Assembly: GCA_965223545.1 (NCBI GenBank)
Contig: OZ245006.1
Span: forward strand, 2,688,001-2,752,000
Direction of reading: 5' to 3'
Length of the DNA: 64,000 bases
Origin: Planctomycetota bacterium
Lineage (GTDB): Bacteria; Planctomycetota; UBA1135; UBA2386
Shown in pieces: positions 18,911-28,085 of this stretch (within the stretch, counting starts at the first letter, position 1; every line of letters begins with the position of its first letter). A program made the translations under genes and the position numbers. Below the pieces are notes generated by a model. It was given only the letters and a program-made list of their open reading frames with translations, did no database searches and was not told the origin of the DNA.

Positions 18911-21604
18911 GTGCGCCCTTGGCGCACCCACCTCTCCATGCCCGACCCCTCGCCTCACGAGCCCCAACTGGTGGCCTACTCGCGCGACCGCACCCTCTGG
19001 GCGCGCGCCGGCGCCGAAGGGCCGGAGGTGATCAAAGTCTACGAGCAGGGCAGCGCCGCCGACGCCCATGCCGAGGCCGAGCGCGGCAAGCGCCTGGCCG
19101 CAATTCCGGGCCTCGTCCGCCACCTGGGCTCCGGCCAGGATCCCGAGACCCACAAGCCCTTCGTCCGGCTGGAGCATCACCGCGGAACGGACTTGTCGCG
19201 ATGGCTGGCCGCGCGCGGGCCGCTGCCAGCGCGGAGCGCGGCGGCTGTCGCAGCGGCCATCGCCGAGACCGCGGCGGCCATGCACGCGCACCGCGACGCC
19301 GCGTTCCCGCAGGGCATCGTCCACCGCGACCTCAAGCCGAGCAACGCGCTGTTGTGCGGCGGCGACCCGCTCGACCCGGCGGTTGCCGACGTCGTCGTGC
19401 TCGACCTCGAGCACGCCACCGGAATCGGCGGAACCCAGACTCCCGGCTTCAGCGGCGGCACGCACGGCTTTGCGCCGCCCGAAGCCTACGCCGGCGCCCC
19501 GCCCACCGCGGCGTTCGACAGTTTTGGCGTCGGCGCCACCTTGCACGCCCTGCTCACCGGCAGACCGCCATTCGAGGCGAGCGGCCACCACCCCGACGAC
19601 TGGGCCGCGGCGGTGCGCGACGGTTGCCGGCGGCGGCCCGCCACCGACGGCCTGCCGGCCGCCCTGCGCGCGCTGCTCGACCGCTGCCTGGACCCCGATC
19701 CCGAGCGGCGCCCACCGTGCGGCGCCTTGGCGGAGCAGCTGCGACAGCTGGCCGGCGAGCACAGTCCGCTCGACAGAGTGCACGCCGCGATCTTGCGCGG
19801 CGACCTCGCCGAGGCCGAACGCGCGGCGGCCGCCGCCAGCGGCGATGGCGATGAGACCGAACGCAACATCGAGCTCAACACCATGGTGCGCCGGCGACAA
19901 CGCCTGCTGGCCGCGGTCGACACGCCGGACACGGACACTCCACCGGAGGGCATCGCCGAGCGGCTCGGCTGGGTCTTGAGCACGCATGCCCGCGTCGACG
20001 CGTGGCTGCGGCGGATGCCCGGCTCGCCCCGCCTCCTGCAACAGCGCGCGCGCGTCGAGGACGAGCTCGAAGAGCTGCTGGGGCGCATTCCCGAGCAAGT
20101 GGCGCGCCACAAGTACGCCGCCGAATTCGACACCGCCGAGGCGCTGCTCTTGGCGACCGGTCAAGCCGCGTTGAGGGTGCAAGCCCCCCGCGCGCCACGC
20201 GCCGGCACCGCGCAGCCGCCGGGGCCGATGCAGCGCGACCCGCTGCGCTATTTGGACGCCGCGCAGCGCGATGTGCAGGACGCGGCGCGCACGCACGGCG
20301 TCCTGCTCGAGCGACTGCGCGGCGCCGAGGCGGCGTTCGATCTCGGCGAGGCCGCCTCGGTACTCGACTCGGCGGCGTCGCTGTACAGCGGCGCCAACGA
20401 AGTCGTCGCCGGCCTGAAGGACCGCATCCACCAACTGGGCTTCTACCTCGAGCGCATCGCCGCCGGCGAAGCGGCACTGCCGCGCCTCGAGGAGCACCTC
20501 GCGCTGGCCGGCATCGACGTCGACCTGCAGCCGCTGCGCGCCCTGCAGGAGCGCTGCCAGCGCGCCAGCGCGACCCCCGACGAGGATCGCTTGGTGCCCG
20601 CCCACAAGGCGCCGACCCTGCGCAGCCTGCGCAGTGCCGTGCACGATTTGCTGGCGCAGTTCCCGCACATCGGCGAGAGCGCGGCGTCCGCTCTGGCGAC
20701 GTTGGACCACGCCTTTGCCGCACTGACCGACTGGTGCTGGGATCAGCTCGCCGACGGCCAGCGCAAGCTCGATCTGGTACCGATTCCGATCCGACCGCTC
20801 AGCGGCATCATCAACCGCGTCGATACGCTTCGCCTGGCCGAGGTGCTCGTCGACCGGCCGGACCGATCCCGCACCCAGCTGCTCGACGAGCACGAGCTGT
20901 TGCGGCTCAAGGTCGACCAGGCCCGCACCACACGGGACCGGCTGGCGCGCGGCGCCGAGGAAGCCTTCGAGCGCGGCCACCTGACCACAGCGCTCTACGA
21001 GATGGAGCGCGCCGTCGATCAGTATGGCGGCGAGACCGGAGAGCTCGAACGCGATGGTCAGCGGCTGGCCGAGCAACTGGCCGCCGCGCGCGAGCGCAAG
21101 CAAGCCATCGAGGAAGCCGCCGCGCGCAGCATGCAGCTGGCGGCGAAAGTGGCGGCGCTCGACGACGCCGACGCGAGCCCGCGCGAACGGCTGGAGGTGC
21201 TCGCCGAACGCCGACAAGTGCTCGTCTTCTTGACCCAGAACCTGCAGCGCGAGCGGGTCGCTCCGTACGAAGCGGACCTGCACCAGGTCGATGCGCAGAT
21301 CTTGGCCGCGCGGGCCGCCGAAGCCGAGGAGCGGTGGCCGGCGTGCACCGACGCTCGCGCCCGCCAGGCCTTGGCCCGGGAGAGCGTGGCGGCCTTCGAC
21401 CACCAACGCCGGTCGGTCGAGCTGCCGGAGAGCTTGCAGCGCGATCTCCACCGATGGGAGCAACGCCTGCGCGAAGCCAGCGCCGAGCTCGGCGACGAGG
21501 AACGTGCGGCAGAACGATCGATCCGGCGCCGCCGGTTGGTCTGGGTCGCCATCGCGATCGTGGTTCTCGGGGTGGTGGTCGCGGTCGTGTTGGCTGCCCA
21601 GTAG
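18911..21604 (+). CDS. Atypical Hanks-type Ser/Thr protein kinase with long helical region and C-terminal membrane anchor
   Basis: VIKVY, HRDLKPSN, DLE in place of DFG, GTHGFAPPE. C-terminal RRRRLVWVAIAIVVLGVVVAVVL. Start uncertain (18902, 18911 or 18938). Confidence 0.8.
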   Translation: MRPWRTHLSMPDPSPHEPQLVAYSRDRTLWARAGAEGPEVIKVYEQGSAADAHAEAERGKRLAAIPGLVRHLGSGQDPETHKPFVRLEHHRGTDLSRWLAARGPLPARSAAAVAAAIAETAAAMHAHRDAAFPQGIVHRDLKPSNALLCGGDPLDPAVADVVVLDLEHATGIGGTQTPGFSGGTHGFAPPEAYAGAPPTAAFDSFGVGATLHALLTGRPPFEASGHHPDDWAAAVRDGCRRRPATDGLPAALRALLDRCLDPDPERRPPCGALAEQLRQLAGEHSPLDRVHAAILRGDLAEAERAAAAASGDGDETERNIELNTMVRRRQRLLAAVDTPDTDTPPEGIAERLGWVLSTHARVDAWLRRMPGSPRLLQQRARVEDELEELLGRIPEQVARHKYAAEFDTAEALLLATGQAALRVQAPRAPRAGTAQPPGPMQRDPLRYLDAAQRDVQDAARTHGVLLERLRGAEAAFDLGEAASVLDSAASLYSGANEVVAGLKDRIHQLGFYLERIAAGEAALPRLEEHLALAGIDVDLQPLRALQERCQRASATPDEDRLVPAHKAPTLRSLRSAVHDLLAQFPHIGESAASALATLDHAFAALTDWCWDQLADGQRKLDLVPIPIRPLSGIINRVDTLRLAEVLVDRPDRSRTQLLDEHELLRLKVDQARTTRDRLARGAEEAFERGHLTTALYEMERAVDQYGGETGELERDGQRLAEQLAAARERKQAIEEAAARSMQLAAKVAALDDADASPRERLEVLAERRQVLVFLTQNLQRERVAPYEADLHQVDAQILAARAAEAEERWPACTDARARQALARESVAAFDHQRRSVELPESLQRDLHRWEQRLREASAELGDEERAAERSIRRRRLVWVAIAIVVLGVVVAVVLAAQ

Positions 21605-21688
21605 CCGAGTAGCGGCCAACCGCTCGGCGGAGGAGTAATATTGGGTCCGGCCAACAACCCAATGGTTTCCCTGTAACGGGGCGACCCG

Positions 21689-23281
21689 TTGATCGACCAA
21701 TCAGGGCCCCACGGCAGAAGCCCAACCGACGACGAGAGCGCTCGGACCCGGCTTCCCGCATATCGCCAAACCGAAATCACCCTGTCCGCGCCCCACCCCA
21801 AGCCGCCCCCCAGCCCGCGGCCCGGGCCGTCGCCCGGCGCCCTTGGCCTGCTCGCGCTCTCGATCAGTGGGTTCTGGCTGCTGGTGTTCTACCCCGGAGC
21901 CATGTCGGTCGACGGCATGATGCAGTGGGAGCAAGCCAGGGACGACATCTACTACAACTGGCACCCGCCGTTCCTGGCGCTGTTGATGCGCGCCAGCCAG
22001 ACCCTCGCGGATGGTCCTTGGCTGCTCGGACTGATCCAGGGCACCGCCTTCTGGTTCGCCGCGTTCTACCTGTTGGCCCAGCTGTTCGCGACCAGGGTCG
22101 CCTTCTGGAGCACCGTGGCCGCGACCGCCCTGCTGCCGCCGCTGTGGCTCTACTCGAACGCGCTGATCTCCAACACCTGGGCGAGTCTGTGCGTCTTGTT
22201 GGCGCTCGCCTTCTTGCTCCGCGCCCAACGAGTCCCTGCCGCCGGCGGCAAGTGGGGAGCACTCATGGTGCTGAGCCTGGCCATGGCCGTGGCCTTTCGG
22301 CGCGAGTCGATCCTGGTCGCCGCCGCGTTGATCCTGCTGTATCTGTCCACTGCCCACCGCGGGCGTTGGGGTCCGCGCAAGCTCGCCTTGGGATTGGCGC
22401 TCGGCGTCGCCACTCTGATTCCCCAGCGCTTGGTCGAGCTGCACCCCGACATCCGCACGCTCGATCACCCGGCCGCCCACGGCGTCTTCAATCAGTACGT
22501 CGGGACCATGGTCAACGCGCGGCACTCCATGGAAGCGCGCGCGGTAGACGCCGAGCGAACAGCGGTCGACGCGGAGTTCGGCGAGGGCACGTTCGACACC
22601 TTGCTGGAGGCGTACCGTTGCTACTCGGGTGACTACATCCTGGTCCACCGTCACGTTCCGGCGGTGATCGGCCGCAACCGCCTCAGCTTGGAGTTCGCCG
22701 CGAGCAAAACGGTCTCGGCCGCGTTGCACCACCCGATCGCTTGGCTCAAGCACGTTCGCTGCTACCTCTGGCGCTTGGCGCAAGGGCCGCAACTCACCTA
22801 TCAGGGTTGGGGCGTCGTCGACGACGACCCCGGGGTCGTCGCGCTGCGCAACCGCAACGGCCTGCAATGGGACTCGCGCCTGCCAGCGGTTCGGGCGGCC
22901 TACGCCAGCCTGATGGGTCGGCTGCTCGAAGACCCGGTGCTGTCCGTGCTCTTCAAGCACTGGGTGTTTCTGCTGATCCTGCTGGCCGGGTTCGCGGTGG
23001 GCGTCGCGACTCGTGACGCGCCGCTGTTCGCGGTCGGCCTCGCCGGCCTGAGCTACCCCATCGGCTATCTGGTCGCCGGGCCATCCACCCTGTGGCGTTA
23101 CCTGATGCCGTCGTACCTCTGCGGATGGATCACCCTGTTCTTGCTGGTCGGCTGGATCATTGACCGGCGAACACGCCGCGGGTCCGCACTGCCAACGGGG
23201 ACGGTGCGAACCCTGCCCGTCCCACGTCCCTCGGATCAGGGCCGGCGGCCCATTGCCGCGGCGGACAGCCACCGCGGATGA
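21689..23281 (+). CDS. Polytopic membrane protein, GT-C / DUF6020-like
   Basis: FYPGAMSVD..QW.QA....YNWHPP after TM1, many TMs and a terminal RYLMP. Start uncertain. Confidence 0.7.
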   Translation: MIDQSGPHGRSPTDDESARTRLPAYRQTEITLSAPHPKPPPSPRPGPSPGALGLLALSISGFWLLVFYPGAMSVDGMMQWEQARDDIYYNWHPPFLALLMRASQTLADGPWLLGLIQGTAFWFAAFYLLAQLFATRVAFWSTVAATALLPPLWLYSNALISNTWASLCVLLALAFLLRAQRVPAAGGKWGALMVLSLAMAVAFRRESILVAAALILLYLSTAHRGRWGPRKLALGLALGVATLIPQRLVELHPDIRTLDHPAAHGVFNQYVGTMVNARHSMEARAVDAERTAVDAEFGEGTFDTLLEAYRCYSGDYILVHRHVPAVIGRNRLSLEFAASKTVSAALHHPIAWLKHVRCYLWRLAQGPQLTYQGWGVVDDDPGVVALRNRNGLQWDSRLPAVRAAYASLMGRLLEDPVLSVLFKHWVFLLILLAGFAVGVATRDAPLFAVGLAGLSYPIGYLVAGPSTLWRYLMPSYLCGWITLFLLVGWIIDRRTRRGSALPTGTVRTLPVPRPSDQGRRPIAAADSHRG

Positions 23282-23290
23282 CCCGCCCGC

Positions 23291-24133
23291 TCAGTCCCCG
23301 CGGGCCTTCGTGCCCGCCGGCCGGAACGGCGAGGTCTCACTCTTCTCCGGCTGCGGCCACGACGCGGACTTGTGGTCGTTCCACCAACTCTGCCAGGCGA
23401 CGCCGGTCGCATGCTCGACGCCGGTCAGCCGGGTGAGGGTCGCGAGCCAGGGCTTCTTGATCGCGTCGAGGCGGCGCTGGGCCATGTCGGCGGTGAGGTT
23501 GACCGGTTCGCCAGGCCGCCCCATGACGGTTTGGCCCTCGGCGCCGGCGAGCTCGAGCACCAGGCGCTTGACGATGTCTTTGCGCACGGCCTCGGCCGCG
23601 CCGGCAAACTCGGCGAGCGCCTCCCCCGCCGCGGCCTGCAGCGCGGGCTCGATCGCCCGCGACGCGGCCTTGAGCAGGACGTCGACCGCAGCCGGCTGCC
23701 GGGTCCGGCCGATCGCGCGCAACAGCGCGCAGCGCACTTCGACGGCCTCGCCGCGGGTCGGGAGGCGCTTGCCGTCGTAGGCGCGGCGCAGCTGGGCGAG
23801 TCCGTCCTTGCCCAGCTGTGCCAAGACCTCCGCGACTCCCTCGTACAGCGGGTAGCGCTCGGGCGGGAGTGGCCGCCCGCGGTTGAGCAGCGCGCCCGCT
23901 GTGCGCGCCAGCTTCTTCGCTTCCGCGCCCGACGGTGGAGGCGCCGCTTCGAGAGCGGCCGCTGCCCCGCGCAGCGACGCCAACGCGTCGGCGTCGCGCT
24001 CGCCCCCGGCGGCGATCGCGGTCTTGGTGATCTCGAGCAGATCGGCCGAACTCTCCGCCGCGTCGGGCGGAGACTGCGCGACCGCTGCACCGACGGCCAG
24101 CAGGCCCGTCGCCATGATCAAGGCGCACCGCAT
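23291..24133 (-). CDS. Secreted HEAT-repeat-like hypothetical protein
   Basis: Signal peptide AVA|Q. Helical repeats (ALLRAIGRT, AAGEALAEF) and terminal L.RLTG......WQSWW. Confidence 0.72.
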   Translation of the reverse strand: MRCALIMATGLLAVGAAVAQSPPDAAESSADLLEITKTAIAAGGERDADALASLRGAAAALEAAPPPSGAEAKKLARTAGALLNRGRPLPPERYPLYEGVAEVLAQLGKDGLAQLRRAYDGKRLPTRGEAVEVRCALLRAIGRTRQPAAVDVLLKAASRAIEPALQAAAGEALAEFAGAAEAVRKDIVKRLVLELAGAEGQTVMGRPGEPVNLTADMAQRRLDAIKKPWLATLTRLTGVEHATGVAWQSWWNDHKSASWPQPEKSETSPFRPAGTKARGD

Positions 24134-24297
24134 GGTCCCGCTATCCTCCGGCCAAGCCGCCGGCGTGGCAAGCGCCCGAGGTCGAACACGCTGCGCCGCG
24201 TACATGAGAAGCCTCGTCGGCCCCGACCGTCACGGGCTCGCCCCGGGCAGCGAGAACGCCTCATCACGCAGAACGAGTCTGGCACGATAGTTCGGTT

Positions 24298-25790
24298 GTG
24301 GACGAGCAACAGAACAATTCGAGCACCGGGCAGGTCGACGACGCCGAGGACATCAAGTGCCTGGTTGCCGCCGGCACGGCGCTGCAGCGCTTGTTCTACC
24401 TCCAGCTCCTCGTCGCGCTGGTGGTTCTGTATTTGCTGGTCGAAGCCTTGGGGTTCAGTGTGTTCGCCACCGACGAGGGAAACCGCGTGCGCCAAGCCGT
24501 GGATGGGCAGTTGGTGACGCTGGAGCCGCTCCTGGTGCTTAATGACGCGCTGTATCAAGACCCACGGACGGCAGCCGACTACCAGCAGTTCCTCGCGCCC
24601 TTCGCGGCGATCGAGTCGACGGCCGTGACCGCAATCGTCGGCGCGGACGTGTCTTCGGCCGAGTGGAAGAAACTCGACCCGCGCGACCTGGATCGAGCCG
24701 GGACACGAACCACTCGCTCACTGGCTTAGGGGTGCAGCTGGACCTCTACAGCAATGACGACTACCGCGAGCTGCCGGTCTTCAACCTGATCGACTTCGCC
24801 CGGCTGTTCGTACACCCCGAGCCACTGGACCATGCCACGCTCGTACAAAACCTGCGTGCCGGCTTGCGCGTCGCAGAAGGTCTGGATCATGCGGTGCCAG
24901 CGCCGCCGGAGCCGTGGCCGAACTCGTTCGCCTTCCCGCACTACGCGCGCGAAGTCCGCGGCGACGACGAGCTGGTGCGCTTGATCGAGGCGTGTCCGAG
25001 CATGGAGGAGATCCGCGCCGCGGTCGCTGCGGTCCAGCACTTCGCGGCGCAGAACGACCTCACCAACCCGAACGACACACCACGCGGGATTCGCGGTCTC
25101 TTGACCGCCGAGAAGCAGAACCTCGAGTCGCTGGAGGGTGGCGACAAGGTCGACATTTCGTTCCTCCCAACCGGCGTCGAGCGCATGCTGCTACTGATCG
25201 CGTCGCCGCTCGCACTGACGTTCCTGGGCCACCTCTTCCTCGGGCAGTACCGGCGTCGCCGCGCCATCCTGGCTCAGCTCGTGCGCACGAGACCGCGGTC
25301 CGATCTGGCTCTGCGGGAGTATCCGTGGCTGCTCAGCAACCTCGACCTCGAGGGATCGGTGGCGGCCAACGGCTCGGTGCTACGCGCCCTGCTGGTGGTT
25401 GGGCTCGGCGCGCCGCTCGCGTGCCAAGGCTCGATCGCGGCCTTCGCGTGGACGAACCTGCAGGCCGACACCGGGCGCTGGCTGGTGCTCGTTCTGACAT
25501 CGGTCTGTCTGGTGCTGTCGTCGTGGGCGACGTGGCACGTGGTACGCGACCGGATGCGCTGGACGCACGCCACACCGAGACGAGACTCGGACGGTGAGGG
25601 CTCTCTCGAGCCCCCCGCTACGGACCAGACCGAAGGCGACCGCGCAGGGTCCTATGTCGGCACGCTCCAGGGGCGCTGCTTCCATCTGCCGACGTGTGCC
25701 CGCGTCGATGGTCTCGACGGCCTGATCGCCTGGAGCAGCCGGGAGTTGGCGTCGCGAGACCGCCGCGCCTGCAGGGTCTGTAGCCCGTGA
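24298..25790 (+). pseudogene. Frameshifted membrane protein with C-terminal Ada-type Zn-binding motif (ORFs 24298-24729 and ~24702-25790)
   Basis: One extra base in the GGG run at ~24700-24702 joins the two ORFs (...DLDRAG|DTNHSL...). C-terminus is YVG....FHLPTC...RACRVCSP. Could be a sequencing error. Confidence 0.6.
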
Positions 25791-25850
25791 GGCATTGGCG
25801 GCCGTGCTCGACGACCTGGGGTAGCCGGGAACTCAGCGCTGCCAGCGTAT

Positions 25851-27203
25851 TCAGCGGCTTCCCACCCGCGCTTCGAGCGTGTGCTCCTCCTCGCCCCGTT
25901 GCACGACGACCTGCACTGGCGCGCCGACGGTCAGCGAAGACAGCACCTGCATGTAGCTCTCCATGTCGAGCACCGCGCGCCCGTCGAGCTCGACGATCAC
26001 GTCGCCCGCGCGGATGCCCGCCGCCGCCGCGGCACCGCCTCCGGTCACCATCTCGACCTGCACCCCATCGACATCGGCCTCGTAGGCCGGCATGAAGCCG
26101 AGCGCCGGCCGGCCGCCGGCCGGGCGACCAGCCGGTGCCGGGGCCGCCGACGCGGCGGCCTCCGGCGCGGAGGGCTGCGAGGTCGGAGCCTCCTCGGGCG
26201 CGGCCGGGGCGGTCTCTTCGGCCACAGCGACGGTCTCGTCTGCCGGCCGTACCGCGCCGGCGCCGGCTGCGCTCGAGGCGCGGGCGACCGGCGCCCGCAT
26301 CGTCACCGGCGGCACCGCCAAGACGAAGTCGGCCGGCGGATCCTCCAGGCCGACAGCCTCGGCGCGGGGGTCGGGCATCGCCTGCATGCTCATGCTGGCG
26401 ATGCGCAGCCCGGCGTCGCGCTGACGCACCCGCGCCAGGGTTCCGAGCCCGTGGTCGGAGTGGAACTTGCCACACAGGTGGACGACCAGCGGCCGCTCGC
26501 CGCCGTGCGCGTGGATCGCGCGCACGATGGACTCGGCCATCGTGTCGTCCTTCATGCACTGCGATTGGTAGTAGCGGTACAGCTTGGCCTCCGCTTCGGC
26601 CTGGGCGTCGGCATCGTTCTCGTCGACATCATCGTCGACTCCCATGTGCCCGCGCATCGCCTCGGCGAAGCGCTCGAAGTACGCATCGCGCGGCGCGGCA
26701 CTCTCGCGCGCCACGTGCGGGCTGCCGAGCACGCCGTCGGGCCCCTCCTTCGCCACCTGCGCCGCCATCTTCCGCGGCATGTTGGCCGCCACCACCGGCA
26801 GGCCGTGGGCGCGCGCGTACTCGACCACGCCGCGATAGTGATCGCGGTATCGCGGCCACGGCCGGCTGTCGGCCAAGAACTGCTCCTCGTCGATCTCCCC
26901 CGCGAGATAGGCGTCGAGGACCGGCTGGACATCCCGTTCGAACATCTCCATCGACACGATCAGCGCGGGCCGCCGGGCGTGCAGCAGCCGCACCAGCTCG
27001 AGCTGCGCCGCGTGCCCGGCATCGCTGGCGTGGTTCTCGCCGAGAAACACGACGTCGGCGGCGGCGAGCGCCTCGGCGGCGCGCGCGGTCTCGACCGCGG
27101 CGCCGGTCGAGGTGTCCACCATCACCGCGGTGCTGGCGCAGCTGCCCAGCCCGAACAACATCACGACGGCGCAGAGCCGGGCCCACGGGCGAGAGTCGCT
27201 CAT
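25851..27203 (-). CDS. ChaN-family (haem-uptake-like) lipoprotein with C-terminal PDZ domain
   Basis: Lipobox LGS|C. VFLGENH, SMEMFE, Q...DDTMAESI and GKFHS motifs. PDZ: LGFMP...GGAAAAAGIRAGDVIVELDG. Confidence 0.85.
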   Translation of the reverse strand: MSDSRPWARLCAVVMLFGLGSCASTAVMVDTSTGAAVETARAAEALAAADVVFLGENHASDAGHAAQLELVRLLHARRPALIVSMEMFERDVQPVLDAYLAGEIDEEQFLADSRPWPRYRDHYRGVVEYARAHGLPVVAANMPRKMAAQVAKEGPDGVLGSPHVARESAAPRDAYFERFAEAMRGHMGVDDDVDENDADAQAEAEAKLYRYYQSQCMKDDTMAESIVRAIHAHGGERPLVVHLCGKFHSDHGLGTLARVRQRDAGLRIASMSMQAMPDPRAEAVGLEDPPADFVLAVPPVTMRAPVARASSAAGAGAVRPADETVAVAEETAPAAPEEAPTSQPSAPEAAASAAPAPAGRPAGGRPALGFMPAYEADVDGVQVEMVTGGGAAAAAGIRAGDVIVELDGRAVLDMESYMQVLSSLTVGAPVQVVVQRGEEEHTLEARVGSR

Positions 27204-27305
27204 CGGGCCCACACAACCCCACAGCGGCCGGAAATGCAAGCCGGGGGCCGGCCGCCGCGCGTCTGACTGGATCCGGGCCGGGCTCCGGCCAGAATGGACC
27301 CGGCC

Positions 27306-28085
27306 ATGAAGATCGCGACCTGGAACGTCAACTCGGTGCGCGCGCGCATGCGCCTGCTCGTCGACTGGCTGCGCGAGCACGAGCCCGACGTGCTGCTGCT
27401 GCAGGAGACCAAGGTCGAGGACGCCGAGTTCCCGCACGAGTTGCTTGAGGACGAGGGCTACAACATCGAGATCTTCGGCGAGAAGACCTACAACGGCGTC
27501 GCGGTCCTGGCGCAGTGGGAGATCGAGGACGTCGTGCGCGGGCTGCCCGGCGACCCGCCCGACGGCGACCGGCGCGTGCTCGGCTGCCGCGTCCGCGACT
27601 TCTCCCTGCTCAATCTGTACGTGCCCAACGGGCACTCGCTCGACAGCGACAAGTACACCTACAAGCTGGACTGGCTGGCGCGCTTGGCGGCGATGGTCGG
27701 CGAGCGCTACTCGATGGACGACAGGGTCGTCCTCGCCGGCGACTTCAACATCACCTTCGACGATCGCGACGTGTGGGACCCCGCCGGCATGCACGAGGCG
27801 ATCCACTGCTCGACGCCGGAACGGCGCGCCCTGGCCGACGTCATGGCGGTTGGCCTGACCGACGGTCTGCGGCGATTCCACGAGGAACCGGGAATCTATA
27901 CGTGGTGGCATCACCGCGGCGCTGGCCTACAGCGCAACCACGGGATGCGCATCGATCACGTGTTGTTGAGCCCGAAAGCCCTCGAGGGGTGCACCGGCAT
28001 CGAGGTCGACGTCGACGCCCGCCGCGCCCCCAACCCGAGCGATCACGCGCCGGTGATCGCCACCTTCGAGGAACCCGGCTCGTGA
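27306..28085 (+). CDS. xth: Exodeoxyribonuclease III
   Basis: MKIATWNVNS, LQETK, YNGVA, YVPNG, GDFN, YTWW, RIDH and SDHAPV motifs. Confidence 0.95.
   Translation: MKIATWNVNSVRARMRLLVDWLREHEPDVLLLQETKVEDAEFPHELLEDEGYNIEIFGEKTYNGVAVLAQWEIEDVVRGLPGDPPDGDRRVLGCRVRDFSLLNLYVPNGHSLDSDKYTYKLDWLARLAAMVGERYSMDDRVVLAGDFNITFDDRDVWDPAGMHEAIHCSTPERRALADVMAVGLTDGLRRFHEEPGIYTWWHHRGAGLQRNHGMRIDHVLLSPKALEGCTGIEVDVDARRAPNPSDHAPVIATFEEPGS

Noticed and set aside
24279..24295. CTGGCACGATAGTTCG as a sigma-54 promoter
   Set aside because: The -24 box is good but the -12 position reads CG rather than GC, and it sits too close to the start codon.
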